NCBI GenBank assembly: GCA_000934665.2
Contig: KZ537981.1
Coordinates: forward strand, 1 to 64,000
Source of the DNA: Catajapyx aquilonaris
Taxonomy: Eukaryota
Direction of reading: 5' to 3'
Length of the DNA stretch: 64,000 nt
Shown here: positions 49,718-60,125 of the stretch, in pieces
Layout: every line of letters begins with the position of its first letter
How positions within the stretch are numbered: position 1 is the stretch's first letter
Position numbers and translations under genes: made by a program
The notes under the pieces: model-generated
What the model was told of the DNA's origin: nothing
The model's database searches: none
What the model saw: the letters and a program-made list of their open reading frames with translations, nothing else

Positions 49718-52700
49718 TTACGCAGTGGCTAACTGGTATTGGTCCGTGAATGGGTCCAGTTCTTGTGCAGCCAGTCCGCCTTGGGACGGCTTACAGAAAC
49801 TGTTGAAGGTCTGAAGGAACACAAGGGCGTTGGTCACTTCGGATGGGAAGTCCGGCGACTTGGCCGCATTCCTGGAAACATTACCAGCGATTAGATAGTT
49901 AGACATGAAGCCGCAGCAGAAACGTACCCAGCACAAGAGTCGGTGTGTGATCGGATGTACTGATTGAGATACGCCTGGAACTTTGTAGTGCAGATGCTGT
50001 GGAACTGTCGAAGAAACGTGAGGACTCCAACCACTAGCGGCATACCATCTGTCGGATCCTGAACCTTCCTAGCTATCAGTCCTCCTGAAAATGTGAGAGA
50101 TCCAATGATACTATGCTTTCGATGCGAGTCGCTAAGCGTGACTTACCCACAGTTTTGACGTATGTGAGCCTCTGCAACTGGGTGAGAACCAAGAAGAATG
50201 TGACTAGCGGCAGGTGCGGAATGGAATTGGTTGTGACGTATATTTTGGCCAGCGGATCGCTCATTCCGGCCCAATCCAAATAACTGGACAGCTCATACAA
50301 AAGCGGGCTTTCATCACGAGGATACCGCTTAGACGAGTCCTTATAATGCGACTGAATGTCCGTCATAAGTGCCCTGAGAAGAAGTTATCCCCGTTACACA
50401 GGCATCGCCAATAAGTGTAAGCTACGTACTCGTTCATAGTCTGAAGTGCACATGCCAGTTGCTTGGAGTCGAATTTGCATGACGTGCTCAGCTGGTACGC
50501 GATGTGTCTCCGCAGAAGCTGAATCTGCCCTAGCTTCAGAATGCACTCCAGGAATCCGGGGATCAAACGCTGGAGCCTCGATGCATACTGGGCGTACGAT
50601 CTTCCAGGCTGGCCTGCTTACAAGTGCGCCAGTTTATTACTTGCGCCAAAAGCAACAACGAACATTACCTATTAGCGACGTCGGATGTCCCAGTGCTTTT
50701 GCGATACTCTGAAGTCCTTCCTGAGTCGCCTTGTCCCCCATATCCTTCTCCAGAGTCTTCAGAAACGCTTGAAGATCGGACGACACCATGAACGAATAGA
50801 GCTGGTCAAGTCCGGTAAGTCCGGATGTTCCGACTGATTTCTCCAGCTTGGAAAACAGGCCCAAAGCCACCAGCTCCTGGTGCGATCTCAAGTCGAACCA
50901 AGCCGCACTCTGAGTCACATAAACCGTTGCGTGCGGATCAGTAACACGCATGAGTTCACGACCTAATCTGCCCACAAAGTTGACCGAGTGGGCATCTGTT
51001 GGAGGAAAGGTCGGAATAGGTATCGTCCGACTCTGATGTATGCTCTGCCAATCTTGAACCTGCAATTGTACGATTCAATCGTGCTGTTCCTGTACGAGAA
51101 CGTTCAGTACCTTTGTGCGCAGAAACGAGTTGCATTCTTGCTCTACGTTGTACGCCACAATCCTGGAAACCTCCTCCTGCCAGATGCGAAGACCATGCAT
51201 ATTCACATAGTCTTGTATGTACTCGAAGGATCGCCGGTATCCATCCATTATTTGCCCCAGTACCTCCAGCTTTGACGCAAGCTCAGAACTGGACACACCG
51301 GCTGACGAAGACTTAGTTTTGGCCCCAAATGTCAGCCCGTTATGCATGGCCGTCGCCACTTGACGAACCAGCTCTTTCTGAATCCCATCCTCCAACAGCT
51401 GCTTCGGGTCAACCTGGACAAACAACAAATAAAAGTCGCAATCGATCCTAATGAAACTCGAGTGACGTACCTGTATGATTCCTACGAGCGTCGTTTTCAT
51501 GGTGAGTATCCCCTGCGTGAAGACTGAAATGGCGTGGGTCAACTTGGCGACCTCCCGTCTCTCCTCCAGCTGTGCAAAGTCCCTCAGCCGCTCCTTCTCC
51601 AGGCGGGTAGGCACCTCTTTAATCCTGCAGGTCTGGAGGCGGATGATCCGATCCAACAGGCCAAACATGGATTCAGGCACGATCTGCAATACTCTCCTAA
51701 CGTACGCCACCAGCTCGGAGGAGTAGTACTGCGACACCGAGACCAAATCGGGGCTGTGAGCCTGGTTGATCCGCAGCAAGGGAAGGTCAAGTCCGGAGCT
51801 CAGCTTGAGGAAAGCGGCTCGTAGCTTCGTAGCCAACGACGGATCTCGCTTAAGCCCCTGCTGCATCAGGCCTGTGAAGGCGGAGTCGACAAGCTCCCAG
51901 GCGTAGCTCAGGTCGCCCACTATCTGGAGTGTGATCAGGCCGTCTTCTTTCACGCTTGCGGTTCGCAGCATCTGGTGTAGGAAGCGTCGAGTGTCAGACA
52001 GAAACTGCCGAACTTGCAGCTGGCTCTCAAGCTGGTGGAACTCTTGGACTTCCTCTAACGCCTGAATTAACTGCACTATTTTCCTTCCAGCCGCCATTGC
52101 ATCATCGTAATGAAGCGAGTCGATTTGCTTACTCATCTCTGCGAACCAAGCTTGCAAGTTCTCTGGAGGAAAAAATTAAAATGTGATACAGCTACATAGG
52201 TCGGATTATTTCAACGGTGCAGATGTTGGCTTGAACTTACCGTTCTTTTCAACTCTGGTCAGCGGTTTGGTCCCGGAGAATACCTCCCCCAACTCCTTCA
52301 CCCTTTCCGAAGCCTCCTGCCTGCACTTCTCCCATCTCCTTTGCTTCTCAGCCAGAAGATGCTTGTACATCTCCTTAACCAGAAGCTCCAACTGTGCTGT
52401 GTTCAGCAACAGTTGAAACACCTGCAATGCCTCATATTTCGAGTCAACCAACACCTGCTCCCGAACCTGTCTGCACTTCTTGTTAGCCTCTCCGCCTGGC
52501 GACAACGGCGCTGTGTGGAGCATCATCCAACGAAGCGTGACGTTACAGTCCCGCAAGACGTTAAGCACACGGCTCATGTTGTCCAACACACTTTCCTCGG
52601 TGAGCACGCCCTCCTTTAGCAAGTGTGCCGTTTGCGGAACCAGCTTGTGAACACGTCCGGCATGGCGAGTAGCATGTTCCTTCACGTTGGTCGGATCCAG

Positions 52701-54292
52701 GGTGTTGGCCAATGCAAGTCTGGCCGCTCTGTATGGCTCCCACCATTCGGCAAGGTTGACCGGAACTCCCATGTACACAGACACGACCCAGTTGTCTGGG
52801 AAGTAACGGTCCACAGTCTCTCTCATCCGTGCCGTCTGATTGTGCAGCAACGGAGCCGAGAAGAAAAGGCAAACGTAAAGCATCGCAGCCTGGGTTGCCA
52901 AGGCGGTGCTGCGATGCTCTGGGAACGGGTATGCTTGGATTTGGTTGTACAAATCGTCCGAACGAAGGCGGCCAATGCAGATGCTCGTGTACGTTGAGTT
53001 CAGCGGGATGCGCCTAGGACAAATGCGTAAGTAAAATTCTTACACCGCATGACAATTCGCTTACTGGAAGTAATCCTCTGGGTAATTCAATGGCCTTTTC
53101 GCTCCCGGGGCGAACCCAGTTGATCTCAGCAGTTTACAGACATCATCCACGTTGCTTTCAGAGCTCGACCTGTGTCCGCCGCTGTATCGATAGAAGGAGA
53201 CTAGTATTCGCTCCCGTACAGTCCCATCCACATGCTGGTCAACCACAAGCAGCATTACGCCATACAGGTACAGCGCCTCGCACTGCAGAAAAGTACGGTC
53301 CATTCACCTGCATAATTCCAAATCGCAAATATTACCATAAGTTGCTTCCCATCTTCATCCTGAAAGACGCTCTCCATCGAATGCTGGATGTAGATGCCTT
53401 CGTTCAGATCGTCCAGGAAGTGATTCAGCTCCACGACGTACGTGTGGATACTCTCGAACGCCGAGTAGAACCGGCTCAGAATTTCAATGTAGTTTTCACG
53501 AAACTCGTCGTCCAAATCTTGCAAGTTCTGAAAACATTTGGAGTCAAACATGATTTTTCCACACCTTTCCCATGATTTTATTAGTTAATTCATTCATTCG
53601 TTTGTTTGTTTGTTTCTTTACTTATTTCTTGAGCTATTTTTGTCTATTTATTTATTTCTTTATTTTTGTTTATTTCCTTAGTTACTTTTGTTTATTTATT
53701 TATTTATTTTCGTCCATTTATTTATTTATTTTTGTTTATTTCCTTAGTTATTTTTGTTTATTTATTTTCGTCCATTTATTTCTTTATTTATTTTTGTTTA
53801 CCTATTTTTGTTTATTTATTTGTTTATTTAGTATTGTTTATTTCTTTCTTTATTTATTTTCGTTTATTTATTTGTTTATTTAGTATTGTTTATTTCTTTC
53901 TTTCTTTATTTTTGTTTATTTATTTCTTTACTTATTTTTGTTTGCTTTTTCAGTTATTACCCCTTTACATAATTTTGATAAACTTATGTTTACCGCATTC
54001 GACTCAATCTTGTGGTCGAAATACTCGGCAGTCTTGAAGTAGCTGAAGTCGCAGAGGATCTCCCCATACTTGGCCTGGTCCTGCTTCCTTTCCAACCTGC
54101 AACGAGACCACAAATTGTTAAGTACACCGTTCATCATGTATAACAACAATGCAATTGTACGAAGGAGTACTTGAAGACTGGCGGTATGTAGTCCTTCAGC
54201 CTGAGCAGCTCTGCGATGATGGCGTTGCCTCTGGAGACCAGACGAAGAATCTTCTGTCCACACTGGTTGTTCTCAGCCAAAAAGTCAACCAT
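49718..54292 (-). CDS. WASHC5: Strumpellin / WASH complex subunit 5
   Basis: Exons: 54171-54292, 53994-54096, 53336-53527, 53065-53282, 52241-53013, 51471-52162, 51111-51413, 50669-51059, 50430-50613, 50147-50373, 49928-50084, 49718-49871. Motifs: [99 protein letters not shown]. Confidence 0.97.
53575..53950. repeat. Low-complexity (TTTA/TTTG/TTTC)n repeat expanding WASHC5 intron 2
   Basis: Directly visible. It explains the spurious F/Y/L/I-rich ORFs at 53572..54037. Confidence 0.95.
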
Positions 54293-54925
54293 TTTTCTCT
54301 GGCTGAATGTTCTATTATTATTATCAAGACAAAAGTGTTCTATAATATTCTCTAGGCTCAGTCAAATTGCAGTTTGTGCGCTGTTGAGTGTTACGTCGGT
54401 TGATCCCACGTGAACTGCAGCATCACAATGCACAGGCCATACACTTGAAATTACAACAAATTGCACTAATTGGCTGGTAATTAAGATAATTTGATGGAAA
54501 AGTCATTTTCAGCTGACTTTATGACGTCACATCTGAATTAACGGAAGGAACGGGGCGGAACCGGTGGCATCGGAACGGAACGGACCGGTAACAAAGGAAC
54601 TGAACCAACCTGTACGAACCCGCACGAAACCGCATTTTACGTACACGCAATCGGCAGTAAAACGTGTCTAAAATCAGGGCTAAAATTGTACGCAACTCAT
54701 TATTGTGTTGTAATATCTCAATTAGTGCCTCCAACACTGAACTTGACTCACAAAAACAAGCGGCTACACGAATAGCAGCTTTCTTCAAAGGCTGCTTCTT
54801 TCGGCCCCCCGTCCTTCCCATTCCAGGAACATTTTTTGGTCGATCCAGATAATTTTCCTGCGGATCTTTTCCACCTCCCAAATTCTTCCTGAAGGACACG
54901 AAGAGGAATCCCCCCAACAACAAAG
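54293..54925. promoter_or_regulatory. Bidirectional promoter region between WASHC5 and ATP synthase epsilon
   Basis: Divergent ATGs are ~630 bp apart. There is a CRE palindrome TGACGTCA at 54522-54529 and a run of cggaa motifs at 54540-54585. Confidence 0.6.
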
Positions 54926-55532
54926 ATGACGTTCTGGCGACAGGCTGGACTCAAGTAAGAGCCATTGGCCGTTACATAACATCTTTTTTAAAAAAAAGTG
55001 TTTGAGGGTGGTAGCAAAGGCTGTAAAAATAGAATTTGACTTATTTTTACACTAATAAGAAAAATGATCGGCTTAAAATATTTATCAACTAAAGCAATGT
55101 GCCATCAACAACAATCAATCGCTTGTTGCTGATGCCGTAGCAACCGGTTGCCGTGGAAATCCGTTGCCATGGCGACCCCGGACAAACGAACAAACGTTGC
55201 TTATCTATTATTATAAATGGGTATGAAATGGACCCGAACTTTTCCCCCATTTTTTTGTGTGGAAAAATATGAAGTGTGGCAGACTTTTTAAATGTGTTTT
55301 GCCTTCTGACTTGCAGCTATGTCCGTTACTCGGCGATTGCGGCGCGAGTTGTCCGCAGCGCTCTGAAGCCGGAGTTCCAGGCTGAGGCGGCCAAGAGGGA
55401 CAAGAGCACCCTTCGCTTCACGCCTTGGAAGGATGGGAAATCAATCAGTTAGTATTGCCGGAATCGCACCCGCCTCACAAATAATACATATATAATGTTG
55501 GACTTTCCGTTTTTCCAGCTGCGACGGATTAG
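54926..55532 (+). CDS. ATP5F1E: Mitochondrial ATP synthase F1 subunit epsilon (Drosophila stunted orthologue), 57 aa
   Basis: Exons 54926-54954, 55317-55447 and 55519-55532 give MTFWRQAGLNYVRYSAIAARVVRSALKPEFQAEAAKRDKSTLRFTPWKDGKSITATD, with the WRxAGLxYxRYS...WKDGK signature. It is too short and too split to appear in the ORF track. Confidence 0.95.
55045..55218 (+). mobile_element. Possible Helentron-associated (DINE-1/HINE-like) element in ATP5F1E intron 1
   Basis: It ends in gacaaacgaacaaacgttgcttatctattattata (short microsatellite plus AT-rich end) and contains ccatggc.ac-type palindromes. This is a resemblance only. Confidence 0.3.
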
Positions 55533-56556
55533 GAGGTGTAGCCACCTGGAATCATTTTTGGGGGTTTTTGATGTGGTCGTAAGTCAGGCATGACTATGGA
55601 CTTAATAAGTTCATGTTACTTTTGTTGACTTGTCCAAATTGTTTTGCTGACTTCTTATCTACATATGTTACTAACATGTTATTGCTTGGGTTTTGCCAGT
55701 CTTTGAAGCACTGCTTCATGCAAGTGTATGAAGGTGGATTAATTTACAATGTTAACATTAAACTGTGCCAACATTTTCATTGACTATATGCACGGAACTT
55801 ACTGTCCAGTTCTGAGTTACCAGCCTTGTTAAAATGACGGTTACCTGAACAGACACATATTTATGCAATTATTGTGATTTTTGCTGTGATTTTTTCCCTC
55901 CACTCTTGGTGTGTGCATGACATAACAAGAGGAAGTGTATGAACCAGCTTATCCTGACGAGATGCGATCAGGTCCACTTGCAACACGTGGACGTTAATGG
56001 CATTTTGTCAGGCATAGTTTAGTTCGTACACCTTTAATTAAACAGCGTATTAATGCCGATAAATTATGTCATTCCAGAGCAAGTGCAGTGAATCGCCAGG
56101 AGCTGATGCCCGTGAGGATACCTTTGTCACCATGTGTACAGTAAATTGTTAGCCATAAACCAAAAAGGATGAAACTGAAACCATGGTTTGACTCCCACAC
56201 CCACTCCCATCATTGCAGGAAAGGATTTAGGCGCAAGGTTCCCGCGGGACATTACCAAACCCAGAAGGAAAAGCGTGCGCTTTTAAATCGAACCAGCATG
56301 TAAGTCGTTAACGTACTACAGACGATAAAATGTTTTTTCATCACGGACACATGCACTTACACAGAATTATCCAGAGCTTTTGAATAATTCAGTGACTAAT
56401 CAGAGCCGGCAAAGTTCATGCAGCGTAAGAATTGATTTCTTAGGCGCCAAGGAGCACGCCTTCCAAAACAAAAGGTTGCATGGAGAGGGTCTCCGTTGGT
56501 TACCACTTGCTGCGCACTCATTCTGGTGCAATCTTGAGAGCTGGCTGGTCGCAACA

Positions 56557-57309
56557 ATGGCTCTCCTCAAGGTGGCCATAGTGCTGGCAAGCATGTACAT
56601 TTGCGCAGGTAAGACTCGATTAAGTCGCAATGCATTTCGCAGATACTAACCGCTCGTAATGCAACCAGGCGGAGTGAAGCCAGGGCAACAGGAGTGCTTA
56701 ATCGACGAGAAAAAGGGAAGGGACGACCCCAACAATATATACCCCTGCCTAACCGGGACCAAGTGTTGCATGGAGGCCGGGGAGCCCTCCTGCTGCACGA
56801 ATAAGGACACCAGCGAGTCCATGTAACAACAACGCACCTGTTCAGCTAGTTCGCAATGCTAATCTATTTTACTCCGCAGAATGGAGCAGGTGAAGTTGTG
56901 GGGAAGCCTGCTAGGATTCATCTTCGGCCTCTGCATATTCGCTTGCTACTGCAACAAAGAGATCCAGTTCTGCGATGACGCGGACGAACGTACTCTGGGC
57001 GAGAGATGCTGCCCATGTTCCAACAGCGGAAAAGGACGTGAAAGGTACGTCTTTCCCATGTCGTCTCCAGGAGGTCATTTTACTACTGACGTCAATTTCA
57101 GGTTGTATGCTGACACAAAGCCTAACAAGATATACTCACCCGACGACTTGAAGGATGGAAAACCGGCCAAGACCCTGTCCGAATCCATCCCAGCCATTGC
57201 GTCCACTTCAGGCGCAGTCCCACCGGCTGCGACGTCCGTGGCCGATAAACTGGCTGCCAAAAGGGTGGCTGAAACTCTGGCTGGTCCCTCAACCTCCGCC
57301 CACATTTAA
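56557..57309 (+). CDS. Uncharacterised single-pass membrane protein, Shisa-like (six-cysteine ectodomain), ~190 aa
   Basis: Phase-consistent exons 56557-56608, 56669-56822, 56880-57044 and 57102-57309. Signal peptide MALLKVAIVLASMYICAG; ectodomain C-x17-C-x5-CC-x7-CC; TM LWGSLLGFIFGLCIFA; juxtamembrane CYC...C...CCPC; low-complexity tail; AATAAA at 57333. Confidence 0.75.
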
Positions 57310-57372
57310 CACTGTCTGGTTTTCTCGCATGCAATAAAAACGCACAGGTTCGGCCACACATTTATTTGTTAA

Positions 57373-58637
57373 TTAGAATCCCCCCAAGTCGAACTTGAAC
57401 TCAAAGTATGACGGATCGAAATAGTTCACCCTCACGTATCCGTCCTCTCCTCCACTGCTGTAACTCCGCCCGTCCGGATGGAATGCAACCGAATTGATAG
57501 GCCCGAAGTGACCTTTCAGACGGGCAAACTCCTCCTCAAACACGACGTGGAAGAAACGTGCATCGAACTTCCCTACACGTGAAGACGTCGTCGTTACTTC
57601 CATCGCATCCTGGCCTCCACCGAGAACAACCTGTGGGATGTCGGGTAATTTATATCAAATTGTTAGCCTGGCGATTTGAGCAACTTACGTGATCATATAG
57701 AGGCGAGAGGGCCGCGCTGTTGATGGGCCTCTGCGTCTTGTAGCACTTGAGACACTCCAGCGTGTCTGTGTCGAACAGCTTGGCTGTGCAGTCCTTGGAC
57801 GCCGTGAGGAACATGGTGCCGTCCTTGTTCAGCTGCATGTCGTTTATGGTTCCCCGGTGCTCGTCATTCACCTGGTTGCCCATCTTCCCCGTCTTCAGAT
57901 CCCACTGGCACAGCTCCCCGTTTTCATGCCCGGATATGATGGTCTCGTCGAGCGGACCCCACAAAATGGACGTCACCTTTGGGCCGGGGACTGGGATGAT
58001 CATGATGGGCTCCACACGCTCGCCTGCAAAATGGCGTAATTAGTATGTATATGGTTGTACCGTGAGTAACGGCTTACCGGCTCCGATGTTGCGCACGTCG
58101 ATTATGAATATCTCGCAGGTCTTTCCATACTGTTGGTCAGTGGAGTACACGGCCATGTTCCCGGAGTAGGAGAACCCGCATGTTCTGACGGCCGTCTTGG
58201 TGTCGATCATCCCTATGTTGGAGCCTGTGTGGCAGTCCCATAGCCGCAGGGTGTTGTCAGCCGCTCCGGACATGAACCGGGTGGTCTCCCAGTTGATGTC
58301 GAGGGTCCAGCAGGCCCCGTTGTGGCCATCAAACGTACCCAGCCGCTCGCCATTCAGCGTGTACCACACGTTGGGATTGTGATCCTTTGCGCATGAGAAC
58401 AGCAGGTCGCCCTCACGGCTGTACTTGATCTGCGTAATGGAACGCTCGTGACCATGCAGCAGGATCGGCTTCTGCAAAATATTAAATATGATTATTATGA
58501 GGCGAGTTGAACCACATGGCGCAACCTGTGCTGACATATGCTTATGACGTCTGAACCCAACATGTGTCGGTTCAGCGCAGCATACGTTGTCGCCGTGTTC
58601 TGCATGCGATGAGGAAGCAGGCTGGGACACTCACCAT
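57373..58637 (-). CDS. EIF3I: Eukaryotic translation initiation factor 3 subunit I (TRIP-1), WD40
   Basis: Exons 58635-58637 (ATG only), 58078-58471, 57689-58023 and 57373-57630. Motifs: [81 protein letters not shown]. Confidence 0.98.
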
Positions 58638-58710
58638 GTTGGAATCGGAGCGGAATCCTGGGGATTTGGAAGCTAAAAAGACAGGCCGCCCTTCTCCTTG
58701 AGCCTAACAC

Positions 58711-58724
58711 GCCGCCGCCATCTT
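58711..58724 (-). promoter_or_regulatory. YY1-type motif (AAGATGGCGGC) at the eIF3i 5' end
   Basis: gccgccgccatctt lies ~75 nt upstream of the eIF3i ATG, oriented as AAGATGGCGGC in the direction of transcription. Confidence 0.5.
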
Positions 58725-59114
58725 GATTCACTCGGACCTTGTGACGTAGCCATGCAGGGTTTCCAACATGTACTTACCATTGCTTTTAATGTACAGTACA
58801 TTTAATGTGATAAGAATGGTTGTGTCGCAAGGAAATATTAATCCATATCACCATTTATAGTATTGAATATAATATTTAATTGCGGGCAGATGTTGGAAAC
58901 ATCCCTTTTGGTGCCACTGGCATTATGTTCCGGAATCCACACCATTCGGTCCCTGGTCCCATGGACCCGCGGTCCAGGTCCCAATATTCAGGCTTCAGCA
59001 ACCGCTGTAATTTATTTCTAGGTTTATACGAGTACAGTGACCAGTCGCCAGTGTGTGTAATCTATAAAATAGTGCACATCCATTTCAGTGATCCCCCAAT
59101 GTAATAAATAGAAG

Positions 59115-59250
59115 CGGTAGAATTTTCGTCCTACTGCTATCTACTGCTGCCTGCCAGTTTTAATACTGCTAACTTATAGGAGTACCAGTGTTGGCAATAA
59201 CGGTACTGCTAAGTTAGCAGTAATTAGCAGTGGGACGAAAATTCGACCCA
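59115..59250. mobile_element. Small MITE-like inverted-repeat element
   Basis: ggtagaattttcgtcctactgcta pairs with tagcagtgggacgaaaattcgacc (inverted, 2 mismatches), around internal tactgcta repeats. Confidence 0.65.
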
Positions 59251-59711
59251 AGGTCTCTGTTGCAGATAAACTATACTAATTAAGTAATTAGTAATTACTG
59301 TAATTAGGAGTTTATTGTCCACCCATACGTTACTATACAGCAGTTTTATTGCGAGTTGGCATCAACAACACTAAAAATTGCACAAAACGCGGTATCAAAA
59401 ATACTATTATTGTTATTATTCTTCTTATTATTATTATTGCCCCCCAAGCCCTCACAATATTATCGGCAGCTAATACTTTCTATAATATTTATTAAGATTA
59501 GAGTAATCTAAATGCCATATCTTAATGCATGCCACTGTTTATTGATCGGATCAGTTTCCTGATATAAAAATTGCAACTGAAGTATTTCTTTCAAGCGACA
59601 TTCGAACTGAAATGGTCCGGCGAGACACAATGCAATTAAAATGGCTACTTAAGTTTAAGCGCTTCCCACTGAAATTTCTTCTCCCTTACGTATTATATTA
59701 CAGGTTGCCAA

Positions 59712-60125
59712 AGTGGTTTCTCTCTGGAGAAAAGTCATTTCAGTCAATGGGTTTCTCTCCGCAGAGAAGCCAATTATGTCAATATGTTTCTCCCTGGAGG
59801 GAAGCCAAGTCAGTCGATGTGTTTCTCTCTGGCGGGAAGGCAATTTAGTTAATGGGTTTCCCTCCGCAGAGAGTCCAATTAAGTCAATGTGTTTCTCCCT
59901 GGAGGGAAGCCAATTCAGTCGATGGGTTTCTCTCCGGAGAGGAGCCATTATATATATTTGCTTCTCCCCTTTCTGACGGTATTGCAATTGCTTCTCTTCG
60001 GCGAGGGACCATTTTAGTGGAATTGCTTCTCTCCTTCCCAATTTAAGCTAACTTGATTGGCTTCTCTCTGGAGAGAAACCATTTGTACTTGCGTGCATCC
60101 CAGCGAAATGGCTTCTCTCCGAAGA
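59712..60125. repeat. ~35-bp minisatellite of mini-hairpin units with a ~105-bp higher-order period
   Basis: The unit is gtttctc(t/c)c(t/c)g(g/c)ag(a/g)gaagccaat. 59745-59850 repeats at 59851-59950. Confidence 0.85.

Noticed and set aside
51414..51470. Stop-free 57-nt in-frame intron in WASHC5 (and likewise 57045-57101) as regulated intron retention
   Set aside because: With many ~55-60-nt introns, a few 3n stop-free ones are expected by chance.
53572..54037. Two hydrophobic F/Y/L/I-rich ORFs that look like membrane proteins
   Set aside because: They are translations of a (TTTA)n simple repeat inside a WASHC5 intron.
7003..54292. Functional clustering of actin regulators (Svil and WASHC5)
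   Set aside because: The genes are far apart with unrelated neighbours; there is no evidence beyond coincidence.
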